DNA from: Coriobacteriia bacterium
Lineage (GTDB): Bacteria; Actinomycetota; Coriobacteriia; WRKU01; WQUG01
Reading direction: 5' to 3'
DNA length: 53,441 bases
Assembly (NCBI GenBank): GCA_009785795.1
Contig: WQVN01000004.1
Span: 1 to 53,441 of the forward strand
Position numbers and translations under genes: made by a program. The notes under the pieces were generated by a model, which saw only the letters and a list, made by a program, of their open reading frames with translations, searched no databases and was not told the origin of the DNA. Shown here piece by piece: positions 27,644-37,920 of the stretch. Position 1 is the stretch's first letter, and the number at the start of each line of letters is the position of its first letter.

Positions 27644-28867
27644 ATGAATCGCACAACTAAAATGGTTGTTTTATCTTTGAGCATTACCGTTCTGGTGCTC
27701 ACCGCATTTTTTGGTGGGTTTGCTGTATCACAGATTGTATTTATTGCAGATCATGTACGCGCAAGCCAAAACGCAGAATTGACCAGAGATGTTTCTGATC
27801 TTTTCAATTTGATGCAAAACGAAGCACTTGATCCGCCCAGTGAAACAACTGCTACCGTAGGTGCGCTTAATGGACTGCTTCGCAGCAATGGAGATAATTA
27901 CGCACGCTTTTTGCCCGAAGAAGAACTGCAGCGCTACGAAGAAAGCATGATGGGTGCCTTTGGCGGTATTGGTGTGTTGCTGGGCGAACAAAATGACACG
28001 GTCTTCATTTTGCAAGTTTACGAAGGCACACCAGCTGAAGCTGCGGGATTGCTCGAGGGCGATTATTTTTATCGAGTCGACGATGAAACGCGCACAGACT
28101 GGACGACACAAGAACTGTCTTCAAGGGTACGCGGTGAGATTGGTACAGATGTTGAATTGACCATGGTACGTCCTTTTGATGAGGATGTTATGCCAATGTC
28201 AATGGATCATCCTTTGGGCGACCCATTTGACGTTACAATTACTCGTGACACTATTCAAGCACCTATTACCGAAGCACGATTGCTTGAGGATGGTGTTGGC
28301 TATGTGCGCCTATTTGAATTCAATCGTCGCGCAACTGATGAGCTGCGTGAAGATGTTGAGGACTTAATCGAGCAGGGCGCAACCAGCCTTATCCTGGATC
28401 TGCGTGATAATCCTGGTGGCGATCTAAATGAGGCAATCGGAGTCAGTTCGCTTTTTATTGAATCAGGCACGATTGTTCAGATTGAATCTTCAACAAGACC
28501 CATGCCAGAGGTGCTGTCACGCAGAGGGCAGCCTTTGTCGGTGCAGCTACCCATGGTGTGCATTGTAAATGGCAACAGTGCATCAGCTGCCGAGATTGTG
28601 TCTGGTGCCCTGCAAGACCATGAACGGGCGATCCTCGTAGGAGTAGAGACCTTTGGTAAGGCGAGCGTGCAAACACAGATCCCCTTTAGGCGCGGTGCGG
28701 CCTTTATGACGACTGCACATTATCTGACAGCAAATGGCAGAGTTATTAATGATGTAGGTAATACTCCCGACATCATTGTTGAAACAAGCATTGCCGAGCG
28801 AGCAGAGGAAGAGACTGACCAGCAGCTACAGCGCGCAATCGTAGAGGCACAGCGCTTAAGCAGGTAG
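27644..28867 (+). CDS. ctpA: S41 carboxy-terminal processing protease with PDZ domain
   Basis: FGGIG PDZ loop, LILDLRDNPGG, SASAAEI, TFGKASVQ. Confidence 0.9.
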   Translation: MNRTTKMVVLSLSITVLVLTAFFGGFAVSQIVFIADHVRASQNAELTRDVSDLFNLMQNEALDPPSETTATVGALNGLLRSNGDNYARFLPEEELQRYEESMMGAFGGIGVLLGEQNDTVFILQVYEGTPAEAAGLLEGDYFYRVDDETRTDWTTQELSSRVRGEIGTDVELTMVRPFDEDVMPMSMDHPLGDPFDVTITRDTIQAPITEARLLEDGVGYVRLFEFNRRATDELREDVEDLIEQGATSLILDLRDNPGGDLNEAIGVSSLFIESGTIVQIESSTRPMPEVLSRRGQPLSVQLPMVCIVNGNSASAAEIVSGALQDHERAILVGVETFGKASVQTQIPFRRGAAFMTTAHYLTANGRVINDVGNTPDIIVETSIAERAEEETDQQLQRAIVEAQRLSR

Positions 28868-28943
28868 ATAATTCACAACATGAGGGGCAGGCAGATTGTC
28901 TGCCCCTGTGAACAACTTTGCAGATATAACAACCAGGGATAAC

Positions 28944-29396
28944 ATGAAGCGCATCGCAGGAAATAAAAAGGCCTACCACGACTATTTTATTGATGAGACC
29001 TTTGAGGCTGGCATTGTGTTGACTGGGACAGAGGTCAAGTCGATTCGCGATTATGGACTATCACTGAAAGAAAGTTATGCGCATGTGCGCGCAGGCGAAG
29101 TTTGGCTATTAGGCGTACATATAAAGCCGTATGCACAAGGCTCTTACAATAATGTAGATCCAGACCGTCCGCGCAAGCTGTTGCTGCATAAAAAGCAGAT
29201 TCGGTATTTGGATACAAAAACAAATGAGAGGGGACAGACCATTGTCCCTACTAAGATTTACTTCTCAAGCGACAATCGCCTAAAGGTAGAAATCGGTCTT
29301 GCACGAGGCAAAAAGGACTACGATAAACGTGCTACTATTGCGCAAAAAGATGCACAGCGCGACATTGAGCGGGCTCTTAAAGTTCGCAATCAGTAA
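28944..29396 (+). CDS. smpB: SsrA-binding protein
   Basis: NKKAYHDY, EAGIVLTGTEVKSIR, RKLLLHK, GKKDYDKR. Confidence 0.98.
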   Translation: MKRIAGNKKAYHDYFIDETFEAGIVLTGTEVKSIRDYGLSLKESYAHVRAGEVWLLGVHIKPYAQGSYNNVDPDRPRKLLLHKKQIRYLDTKTNERGQTIVPTKIYFSSDNRLKVEIGLARGKKDYDKRATIAQKDAQRDIERALKVRNQ

Positions 29397-29611
29397 GGCA
29401 CTACCACAGGGCACACGGTGAAAAAGTTATGTGCCTGAACCCTATGTTCGCACAGGAGTAAACTGTGCTGCGTGCAAGAGCCAGACATACAACTTCCTTG
29501 CGGCACACTTTGTGACACCTTTCTGCCAATTGACGTTATTTCAGCTGCTTCATTTTGGTACTATTGCATAGGTACTATTGTGCAGTAAATTTCAGGGCGA
29601 GAGGACAGACA

Positions 29612-29989
29612 ATGGCGACTCCAACAGATCGTAAATATTCAGCTGACCATGAATGGGTTTTAGTTGATGGTGACCAAGCAACAATTGGCATTACCAAGCA
29701 TGCTTCAGAGCAGCTGGGGTCGGTTGTTTTTGTAGATTTGCCAGATATTGGTGACAGCTTTGAAACTTCAGAAGTCTTCGGTGAAGTTGAAAGTGTAAAG
29801 TCTGTATCAGAATTGATTATTCCTGTTGCTGGAGAGATTATTGCGGCAAATGAGGCTCTTGAAGATGCGCCAGAAACCGTCAACGATGATCCTTATGGCG
29901 ATGGCTGGATTGTGCGTATTCGCCTTGATGATGCTGGTGATCTTGAAAATCTAATGGATGCTGCAGCTTACGACGCAAGTCTGCCATAA
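29612..29989 (+). CDS. gcvH: Glycine cleavage system H protein
   Basis: HEWV, VESVKSVSE (lipoyl Lys), NDDPYGDGW. Confidence 0.97.
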   Translation: MATPTDRKYSADHEWVLVDGDQATIGITKHASEQLGSVVFVDLPDIGDSFETSEVFGEVESVKSVSELIIPVAGEIIAANEALEDAPETVNDDPYGDGWIVRIRLDDAGDLENLMDAAAYDASLP

Positions 29990-30005
29990 GCTAAAGGCAA
30001 TATCT

Positions 30006-31385
30006 ATGAACTATATTCCGATAACTGATGCACAGCGCGAATTGATGCTTGCACGCATTGGTGTTGCGAGTGTTGATGAATTGTACGCTGATCTGCCTGA
30101 TGCAGTGCTGTTAGACAATGCTCCTGATGTGTATGGAGGCATGTCAGAGATTGACCTGCGCGCGCGCCTTGATGCACTTTCCGCTGCAAATTTTGCAGCG
30201 CATGAATATGTTTCTTTTGCGGGTGCGGGTTGCTATGATCATTACGTACCTGCCTTTATTGACTACCTGTTGCGTCGTCCCGAGTTTTTCACTGCATATA
30301 CACCGTATCAGCCAGAGGTTAGCCAAGGAACCTTACAGGCGATTTATGAATATCAGACAGGTATTTGTGAACTTACCGGTATGGATGTTGCTAATGCCAG
30401 CATGTATGATGGTGCAACTGCTTTGGTCGAAGCCGCGTTTATGACAATGCGTCTGACGCGTGGCAAACGCACTGTGATGCTGGTGTCTGAGGCACTGCAT
30501 CCCGAAAAACTCGAAACCCTAGAGACCTATGCGAGCTCAGGATTGATTGATCCTGTATATGTGCCGGTGACTGAAGAATTGGTAACCGATGCTCAAGCTT
30601 TTGCAGACCTACTTGCACAGCATGTAGGACAGATTGCTGCCGTATTGCTACCATATCCGAACTTTTATGGAATAATCGAAGATGTTTCACCACTGATTGC
30701 AGCTGCCAAAGATGCAGGTGCGTATGTGGTGCTCGACACTAATCCTATTATGCTTGGAATCTTGAAGCGCCCTGGCACTCTGGGCGCAGATATTGTTGTT
30801 GGCGAGGGTCAGCCCCTCGGTAGTGCTATGAGTTTTGGTGGACCAGGTCTGGGCTATTTTGCCTGTACGCAGAAATGCGTCCGTCAGATTCCAGGGCGTC
30901 TCGTAGGACGCACAACAGATATTGATGGCAATCAGGGCTATGTCTTGACTATGTCGACGCGCGAGCAACATATTCGTCGCGAAAAGGCGACATCTAACAT
31001 TTGCAGCAACCATGCACTGAACGCTTTGGCAGCGGGGATGTATTTAGCTGCTGTTGGTTCAGGGGGACTAAAAGATATTGCCACAGACTGCATGACAAAG
31101 GCACATTACTTGCGCGATAAACTTCTGAGCACAGGACTCTTTGCGTTGTCCGCAGCATCAAATGATAGACAGCAAGCCTTTGGCTATGAATTTGCCTTGC
31201 GCTACATAGGCGAGCATGACTTAAGCGACTGGCATGCTGAACTGCTTATGCGCGGCTATTTGGCAGGTGTCATTCTGGATGCCAGCAACGACAGTAATGA
31301 TGCCCTGGTGCTTTTTGCAGTAACGGAAAAGCGAACTCGTGCAGAAGTTGATGCATTTGTAAGCGAGGTGAAAGATCTTGGCTGA
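30006..31385 (+). CDS. gcvPA: Glycine dehydrogenase subunit 1
   Basis: FTAYTPYQPEVSQG, NASMYDGA, REQHIRREKATSNICSN. Confidence 0.97.
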   Translation: MNYIPITDAQRELMLARIGVASVDELYADLPDAVLLDNAPDVYGGMSEIDLRARLDALSAANFAAHEYVSFAGAGCYDHYVPAFIDYLLRRPEFFTAYTPYQPEVSQGTLQAIYEYQTGICELTGMDVANASMYDGATALVEAAFMTMRLTRGKRTVMLVSEALHPEKLETLETYASSGLIDPVYVPVTEELVTDAQAFADLLAQHVGQIAAVLLPYPNFYGIIEDVSPLIAAAKDAGAYVVLDTNPIMLGILKRPGTLGADIVVGEGQPLGSAMSFGGPGLGYFACTQKCVRQIPGRLVGRTTDIDGNQGYVLTMSTREQHIRREKATSNICSNHALNALAAGMYLAAVGSGGLKDIATDCMTKAHYLRDKLLSTGLFALSAASNDRQQAFGYEFALRYIGEHDLSDWHAELLMRGYLAGVILDASNDSNDALVLFAVTEKRTRAEVDAFVSEVKDLG

Positions 31386-32901
31386 TACAACTTCAAATCA
31401 TCAATCAGATTACCAGATTAACTATCGTGGTCCGCGTCAGACCATCTATGATCTGTCGGTAGAGGGTCGCAGTTGCTTGCAGGCACCGCAAAGCGAGCTG
31501 CCACAGCTGGATGCAAGTGCGATTTCTGGCCTTGCTGACTATCTTGCAGACAGTACAGAAGGTCCCTCTTTGCCACATGTTACCGAGACTGACATCATGC
31601 GTCATTATACGCATCTGGCATCAATGAATTTCAGTGTCGACCAAGGCATGTATCCCTTAGGTTCGTGCACCATGAAGTATAACCCGCGCCTGAACGAAGA
31701 TGCTGCACGTTTGCCAGGAATTGCGAACTTGCATCCGTACCAATCCACCAGCAGTGCTCAGGGAGCCCTACAGATGATGTATGAGCTGCAAAACGACCTC
31801 GCAGAAATTGCAGGTTTTGCTGCGACCTGCTTGCAGCCATCTGCTGGCGCACACGGAGAGTATGCAGCCCTGATGGCATTTCGCGCAGCACATCTTGCTC
31901 GCACAGATGGAGCAACCGCTCGCACAAAGGTGATTATTCCTGACACTGCGCATGGGACCAATCCTGCGTCTGTTGCGATGGCAGGCTACGATACAGTGAC
32001 GGTGCCCTCGAATGCAGACGGACTAGTAGACCTGGATGCTTTGCGCGAACTACTCAATGAAGACGTAGCTGCTTTTATGCTGACCAATCCCAACACAGTA
32101 GGATTGTTCGAGCCGCGCATTATTGAAATCAATGAAGCCGTGCATGCGGTAGGCGCATTTAGTTATTGTGATGGTGCAAATCTAAATGCAATTCTGGGCA
32201 TGTCGCGTCCTGGCGACAGCGGCTTTGATGCACTGCATATCAATTTGCACAAGACCTTTTCGACACCACATGGCGGGGGAGGACCAGGCGCAGGTCCTAT
32301 CTGTGTAAGCGCAGAGCTTGCCCCATTCTTGCCAGGTCCCATTGTCGATTATGATGCAGAGGATGACCAGTACACGCTGACCATGCCAGAGCGCTCAATT
32401 GGGCGTGTGCGCAGCTTTTACGGTAATGTGTCGGTGATGGCGCGTGCGTGGACCTATATTCGCGCACTGGGAGGCGATGGCTTGCGTGATGTAGGACGTC
32501 AAGCAGTGCTTTCTGCCAACTATCTGCGCGTATTACTCGAAAAACATTACCAGCTTGCATTTCCTGGAGTTTGCATGCATGAATTTGTTCTTACTGGCAA
32601 GCCATTTAAAGATGCAACTGGTGTGAGAACTCTAGATGTAGCAAAGCGTTTGCTTGATTATGGCTTTCATCCACCGACAATCTATTTCCCCTTGCTAGTG
32701 GATGAGGCCATGATGATTGAACCAACTGAAACTGAGTCTCTTGCAGACCTCGATGCTTTTGCAGACGCAATGATTGCTATTGCCACCGAGTTGGAAACAG
32801 ATTCTGAAACACTGCACGCTGCCCCTTATACTACTCCTGTAAGGCGCCTAGATGAAGAGGCTGCCGTGCGAAACCCTGATCTTAGATGGAGGAAGCAATA
32901 A
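31378..32901 (+). CDS. gcvPB: Glycine dehydrogenase subunit 2
   Basis: YPLGSCTMKYNP, HINLHKTFSTPHGGGGPG, AKRLLDYGFHPPT. Confidence 0.97.
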   Translation: MADTTSNHQSDYQINYRGPRQTIYDLSVEGRSCLQAPQSELPQLDASAISGLADYLADSTEGPSLPHVTETDIMRHYTHLASMNFSVDQGMYPLGSCTMKYNPRLNEDAARLPGIANLHPYQSTSSAQGALQMMYELQNDLAEIAGFAATCLQPSAGAHGEYAALMAFRAAHLARTDGATARTKVIIPDTAHGTNPASVAMAGYDTVTVPSNADGLVDLDALRELLNEDVAAFMLTNPNTVGLFEPRIIEINEAVHAVGAFSYCDGANLNAILGMSRPGDSGFDALHINLHKTFSTPHGGGGPGAGPICVSAELAPFLPGPIVDYDAEDDQYTLTMPERSIGRVRSFYGNVSVMARAWTYIRALGGDGLRDVGRQAVLSANYLRVLLEKHYQLAFPGVCMHEFVLTGKPFKDATGVRTLDVAKRLLDYGFHPPTIYFPLLVDEAMMIEPTETESLADLDAFADAMIAIATELETDSETLHAAPYTTPVRRLDEEAAVRNPDLRWRKQ

Positions 32902-33156
32902 ATGTTTGGACGTAAAAAGAATAAAGAGGGTAAAAAGACTGCAACATTCTTAAGCGTAAAAGAGTCTCGTGCAATTGAATATATTGTACGCGAAATGAAT
33001 GAATCAGGTCGTGACCTGTTTGACGTTATGGAAGATCCTTTTGTGCGCAATCGTATCGAGCCGGACAGACGCTTTGCCATTAAGCAAGACGAGGATCTGC
33101 TTGCAGCATTCCAGGCAGAAATCGATAAAGTACGCGAGCGTATGGACGAGGAATAG
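32902..33156 (+). CDS. Hypothetical small charged protein
   Basis: GGAGG RBS inside the gcvPB 3' end; abuts both neighbours. Confidence 0.7.
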   Translation: MFGRKKNKEGKKTATFLSVKESRAIEYIVREMNESGRDLFDVMEDPFVRNRIEPDRRFAIKQDEDLLAAFQAEIDKVRERMDEE

Positions 33157-33159
33157 AGC

Positions 33160-33609
33160 ATGAGTGAGTGCACAGCCTGTGGCAAGCGATTTGAGGGCGC
33201 AGACCAACATCTGTGTACCTATTGCTTGGACACTGCGGATCAGTCAACGACTTCTTTTCTACCTGTTGGTAGTCCAGAGGCTAGTGCACGCAATGAGCAT
33301 TCCTCCGATGACGATATTTACCTTAAAGTTCTCAAGGGGCCGCAGATTGGAGAACGCTTCTTTCTTGACGGTGAATACATCACTATTGGTCGCGATCCAA
33401 AGGTACAATTGTTTTTAGGTGATATTACTGTTTCGCGCGAGCATGCCATTATTCAGCGTGAGGGCGCCGAAGTTCGACTGCGTGATGCAGGTTCGTTGAA
33501 TGGCACCTATGTGAATGGATCGATAGTCGAAGAGGCGATTTTGCGTGATGGTGATGTTTTGCAGATTGGCACCTTTCAGCTTGTGTTTTATTGGGGCAAC
33601 AATTCTTAA
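33160..33609 (+). CDS. Zinc-ribbon plus FHA domain protein (GarA/OdhI-like)
   Basis: CTAC...CTYC, STTSF, IGR, DITVSREHA, GSLNGTYVNG. Confidence 0.88.
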   Translation: MSECTACGKRFEGADQHLCTYCLDTADQSTTSFLPVGSPEASARNEHSSDDDIYLKVLKGPQIGERFFLDGEYITIGRDPKVQLFLGDITVSREHAIIQREGAEVRLRDAGSLNGTYVNGSIVEEAILRDGDVLQIGTFQLVFYWGNNS

Positions 33610-34446
33610 ATGAACTTTCGTGACTACTTAACCATAGGAGAGGTAGTTCAAAAACTACAATTGAGCTTTGCTGATCTGTCCGTTTCTAAGCTACGCTTCT
33701 TAGAGGATGAAGGTCTGATTGCGCCAGAGCGTACTGACGGCGGATATCGCAAATATTCGCGTGCAGATATCGCACGAATTGAATTGATCTTGCGCTTGCA
33801 GCGCGAAAAATTTTTGCCACTTGCTATCATAAAGGTCAAACTTGACGAATTTCAGCGCGGGGTTGCTGTTGCAGAAATTACAGAATTACTTCAACAGGCA
33901 CACGAGGCGCAAAATCAACAATCTTCACCAGATGGCTTTGTGCAGTCAGGTACGAGCGCAGGACAGAGTGCGGCCACACATGATGGTGCTGTGACTGATG
34001 GACAAGGTGACGGTGCCTTTGAAGAGCTGTATGCACTTGACGCAGGTGATTGCGCAGCAGTATCTGTTGCAGACATGGTTCATGCAGAAAAGATTCCCGA
34101 GAACTTTTTTACCGACCTCAAGCGCTTTGGAATAATCGAGATTACGAGTACTGCTTCAACGATGGGAAATGCGACGGTTTCTGCTGCAGACGCAGCCTGT
34201 GTCCGTGCAGCATGGCAACTTCGCGGAGTAGGAATTGAGCCACGTCATTTGCGCATGTACGCAACTTTCGCAGACAAGGAATCTTTGATTTACGAACAAT
34301 TGCTGCGTCCAACCTATAGGCATAAAACCCCGCATTCAAAAGAGCAACTTGCACAGGTGGCGTCTGACATTATTAGGCAAAGTGAGTTATTGAAGCGCCG
34401 ATTATTGCAGCGTGAGATTAAAGACAAAATGGACGATTTGCTCTAA
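33610..34446 (+). CDS. MerR-family regulator (FtsR/Rv1828-like)
   Basis: TIGEV, SKLRFLEDEGLIAPERTDGGYRKY, GIEPRHLRMY; follows the FHA gene. Confidence 0.88.
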   Translation: MNFRDYLTIGEVVQKLQLSFADLSVSKLRFLEDEGLIAPERTDGGYRKYSRADIARIELILRLQREKFLPLAIIKVKLDEFQRGVAVAEITELLQQAHEAQNQQSSPDGFVQSGTSAGQSAATHDGAVTDGQGDGAFEELYALDAGDCAAVSVADMVHAEKIPENFFTDLKRFGIIEITSTASTMGNATVSAADAACVRAAWQLRGVGIEPRHLRMYATFADKESLIYEQLLRPTYRHKTPHSKEQLAQVASDIIRQSELLKRRLLQREIKDKMDDLL

Positions 34447-34491
34447 ACTCTAGTATGGCTAAACAATCGCACGAACAAAGAGAGGTAGATT

Positions 34492-35013
34492 GTGGACTAT
34501 AAAAACATTATTCGCACGATTCCTGATTGGCCCAGCCCTGGTGTATCTTTCAAGGACATTACACCCGTTCTGGCAGATGCAGATGCCTTTAAGGCAGCGA
34601 TTGATGATATGTGCGCACCTTTCATGGACGCAGGCATTACCAAAGTTTTTGGTGCAGAGGCGCGTGGATTCTTTTTTGGGACTACTATGGCATACAAGCT
34701 CGGTGCTGGTTTCATTCCTGCGCGAAAAGCAGGGAAACTGCCTTATGTTACCTTGGGCGAAGAATATACTCTTGAATATGGCAAGGCAGTAATTGAAGTC
34801 CACAAGGACGATGTGACTTCTGACGACCGCATTTTGATTGTTGACGATGTATTGGCAACAGGCGGTACAGCATGTGCAAAAGCACACTTGATTGACAAGC
34901 TCGGTGCTGAATTGGTCGGCTATAGCTTTTTTATTGAATTGGACTTCCTTAACGGACGTGATCAGCTGCTCAAGCATGATGTGCCGATTCATTCGCTCGT
35001 GCGCTATCAATAG
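34492..35013 (+). CDS. apt: Adenine phosphoribosyltransferase
   Basis: PGVSFKDITP, EARGF, RKAGKLP, VDDVLATGGT. Confidence 0.97.
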   Translation: MDYKNIIRTIPDWPSPGVSFKDITPVLADADAFKAAIDDMCAPFMDAGITKVFGAEARGFFFGTTMAYKLGAGFIPARKAGKLPYVTLGEEYTLEYGKAVIEVHKDDVTSDDRILIVDDVLATGGTACAKAHLIDKLGAELVGYSFFIELDFLNGRDQLLKHDVPIHSLVRYQ

Positions 35014-35035
35014 CTAAGTTGAGAAAAGGTAAGAT

Positions 35036-35857
35036 GTGACCGCATTAACTGAGCGTAGACGAATTGTGCTTCGTGCCGTGGTAGACCACCACGTAAAAAG
35101 CAACGCGCCTGTTGGCTCACGTATCTTGGCTCAACGCTATGTTGCAACTGTTTCGCCTGCAACTATTCGCTCTGAATTGGGTGCACTGGAAGATCGGGAC
35201 TTGCTGTATCAGCCCCATACTTCTGCAGGCAGGCTTCCTACGCAGGCAGGATATCGCAGGGTAGTTGACGACATACTGTCTTTGCCTAGCTTGAGCATTG
35301 GCGATAATGCGAGTGCTGCATATCCGCATCAGGAATTGCATCGCACCTTACGTTCGCCATGCAATTATGGAAATTCGCTGCTGTTTGCAGAATTTTTCAA
35401 AACGGTAGCGATGAACTTGAGTGCAGTGACAAATAGTTTGGCGCTGCTAAGCGTTGTGCTGTCACCGCGGACAAATTTTGGATCTGCCATGCACGATGCG
35501 CCAGATGCAGGACTTGTGATGAATCAGCCGCAACTGTACTATAACGGACTCGCAAATTTGCTATCTCAACCAGAATTTTTGGCACCTGGCAGCCAGGAAG
35601 GGTTTGCCCATCTGGTGCGTATGCTTGAAAATGAAAACGAGCTGATTGAAGTTCTTGAAACCAGTACAGATGACAGGCGTGTTACCGTATCTATTGGCAA
35701 AGAGAATGTCACATCGGGTTTGTCAAGGTTGAGCCTGGTAGCATGTCGTTATCGGATTGGGGTAATTGCCGTTGTTGGTCCAACTCGTATGAAGTATCGC
35801 GATGCAATTTCGGCAGTTTCAACTGCGGCACACGTTCTTGATGATGTCTTAGACTAG
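35036..35857 (+). CDS. hrcA: Heat-inducible transcription repressor HrcA (short form)
   Basis: PVGSR, VSPATIR, QPHTSAGRLPT, QPEF, VVGPTRMKY. Confidence 0.9.
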   Translation: MTALTERRRIVLRAVVDHHVKSNAPVGSRILAQRYVATVSPATIRSELGALEDRDLLYQPHTSAGRLPTQAGYRRVVDDILSLPSLSIGDNASAAYPHQELHRTLRSPCNYGNSLLFAEFFKTVAMNLSAVTNSLALLSVVLSPRTNFGSAMHDAPDAGLVMNQPQLYYNGLANLLSQPEFLAPGSQEGFAHLVRMLENENELIEVLETSTDDRRVTVSIGKENVTSGLSRLSLVACRYRIGVIAVVGPTRMKYRDAISAVSTAAHVLDDVLD

Positions 35858-35904
35858 ACACTTCACCACAGTGACCTATCTATAAATTTTAGGAGACTAC
35901 AAAC

Positions 35905-37071
35905 TTGTCAACAACACGTATTGATTATTATGAAATGCTTGAAGTCACGCGCGATGCAGATGGCGAGACGATCAAGCGTGCTTTTAGGCGTAAGGCGCGT
36001 CTTGTTCATCCTGATGTCAATGATGCTCCTGATGCTGAAGACCAGTTTAAGAAACTTAATGAAGCCTATGACGTTTTGTCAGATTCTAGCAAGCGTCAAC
36101 ACTACGATCGCTTTGGTGCTGTCCCTGGTGCTGCGAGTGGATCTGCCTACAACGTTGATTTTAACGATATCTTTGGCGGTGGGCAGGCAGTTGATTTGGG
36201 TGATCTATTTTCATCATTTTTTGGTGGCGTTTCAGGTGCACGTGCGGGCAGAATGCGCTCAGATGGTCGCGACATGGGTGCGACCATCAGTATCTCTCTT
36301 GAAGATGCAGCACGCGGACTGACTCGCCAGATTACCATTGATCGTTTAGCCCCCTGTGACGAATGTGATACGACAGGTAGTGTGGATAGGGCAGCACCAG
36401 TGACTTGCAGCACCTGCGATGGAGCAGGGCAGGTCATTGGTACTAAACAAACGATATTTGGCATGATGCGTACACAGCAACCTTGTCCTGATTGTGGGGG
36501 TAGTGGGCAGCGCGTTGAAAATGTCTGTACTGAATGTGAGGGCTCTGGTCGGGTAATTGATCGTCAGACAGTCGATGTGCAGATTCCCGCAGGAATTGCT
36601 GACGGGCAAAAGATTCGCTTGCCCAATATGGGCGAGGCTGGAATACGTGGTGCTGTAAGCGGAGACTTGCTGGTAACGGTGCGTGTGCTAGAGCATGAGC
36701 GATTTGTGCGCAAGGGGCATGACCTAAATGTGCGTCTACCCATTTCGATGACACAGGCAGCTTTGGGTGCGACAAAGCAAATTGAAAGCTTGCTGGGTGT
36801 GGTAGCAGTTGAAGTTCCTGCAGGTATTCAGACGGGGGATAGAGTCAAGGTCAAAGGTGCTGGAATGCCTATAGTTGGACGCGAAGAGGCCTTTGGCAGT
36901 CTTTATTGTCACCTTGAAATTATTGTGCCAAAAAAGCTTGATGCACGATCACAAGAATTGCTTGAAGAATTGGGTCGCCATTTCGGGGACAGTGAGACTT
37001 CTGATGCTGATGAGCTGTTGGTACAAGGTGTCGGTGGCAAAATGAAAGACTTTTTCAAGGGCAAGCGATAA
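35905..37071 (+). CDS. dnaJ: Chaperone DnaJ
   Basis: J domain with HPD, G/F-rich region, four CxxCxxxG zinc motifs; TTG start after AGGAG. Confidence 0.96.
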   Translation: MSTTRIDYYEMLEVTRDADGETIKRAFRRKARLVHPDVNDAPDAEDQFKKLNEAYDVLSDSSKRQHYDRFGAVPGAASGSAYNVDFNDIFGGGQAVDLGDLFSSFFGGVSGARAGRMRSDGRDMGATISISLEDAARGLTRQITIDRLAPCDECDTTGSVDRAAPVTCSTCDGAGQVIGTKQTIFGMMRTQQPCPDCGGSGQRVENVCTECEGSGRVIDRQTVDVQIPAGIADGQKIRLPNMGEAGIRGAVSGDLLVTVRVLEHERFVRKGHDLNVRLPISMTQAALGATKQIESLLGVVAVEVPAGIQTGDRVKVKGAGMPIVGREEAFGSLYCHLEIIVPKKLDARSQELLEELGRHFGDSETSDADELLVQGVGGKMKDFFKGKR

Positions 37072-37083
37072 GGTGCATCAGCT

Positions 37084-37917
37084 GTGGCACTTCCTCGATT
37101 TTTTACGAGCCTGCCAGTAGGGCACCCTGCACTTCAAGCAGGAAGTGTGCTGCAAGTACGCAGTGCGGGAGATTTTGACGCGCAGTTATACCATCACGCG
37201 GTAAATGTCTTGCGATTGCAGGCAGGAGAGCGTGTTGAATTGGTTCAGCGTGATTTGTGGCAGACGTGGTTGTGTCAAATTGGAGAAATCAATCCAGATT
37301 TACTACATTTGCAGATAGTTGAATCTGTCAAGACATCAGATATTCCATTTGAGCTGACTCTGGTTATTGGATTTTCAAAGGGCGATACGACAGAAACAGT
37401 TGTTAGGCAAGCAACAGAACTGGGAGCTACACGTATTGTCCCTGTGCTATTTGATCGATCAATTAGTAGGCCTGTAGGTGCGCGTGCCGATGCAAAAATT
37501 GTACGCCTGAATAAAGTCGCTGTTGCTGCAGCACAACAATCTCACCGCACAGACCTACCTGTACTTGATACGCTATATAGCTTTTCTACGGCCATCAAAC
37601 TTTTAGAACAGATGCAGCCTGATGCAATTTTTACCTTGTGGGAAGAAGCAGAAAGGACAGATTGTAATGATTCCAGCACGTTATCGTCTGCCATTGCTGC
37701 TGTAGACTTGCCAAGTGTAAACCTGCGCAAGCCTCACCTTGCATTGGTTATTGGACCTGAGGGGGGGATTACTGCTGCAGAGGTTGAGAAATTGACCACG
37801 ATTGGCAGTAGTAACGTTAGTCTGGGATCTACCATTTTACGTGTTGATACGGCAGCATGTGCTGCAGTAGCAGTTGCCTGCGATGCCTTGTCGTTGCGCA
37901 GTAGGTTAAAAGGTTAG
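37084..37917 (+). CDS. rsmE: 16S rRNA m3U1498 methyltransferase
   Basis: HHAVNVLRL, QATELG, IGPEGG, LGSTILRVDTA. Confidence 0.93.
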   Translation: MALPRFFTSLPVGHPALQAGSVLQVRSAGDFDAQLYHHAVNVLRLQAGERVELVQRDLWQTWLCQIGEINPDLLHLQIVESVKTSDIPFELTLVIGFSKGDTTETVVRQATELGATRIVPVLFDRSISRPVGARADAKIVRLNKVAVAAAQQSHRTDLPVLDTLYSFSTAIKLLEQMQPDAIFTLWEEAERTDCNDSSTLSSAIAAVDLPSVNLRKPHLALVIGPEGGITAAEVEKLTTIGSSNVSLGSTILRVDTAACAAVAVACDALSLRSRLKG

Positions 37918-37920
37918 CTC

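Noticed and set aside
29397-29611. tmRNA after smpB, or a glycine riboswitch before gcvH
   Set aside because: Too short for ssrA and lacking its tRNA-like ends. TTTCAGGGCGAGAGGACAG resembles a riboswitch 3' end, but the aptamer core is absent and the segment doubles as the RBS.
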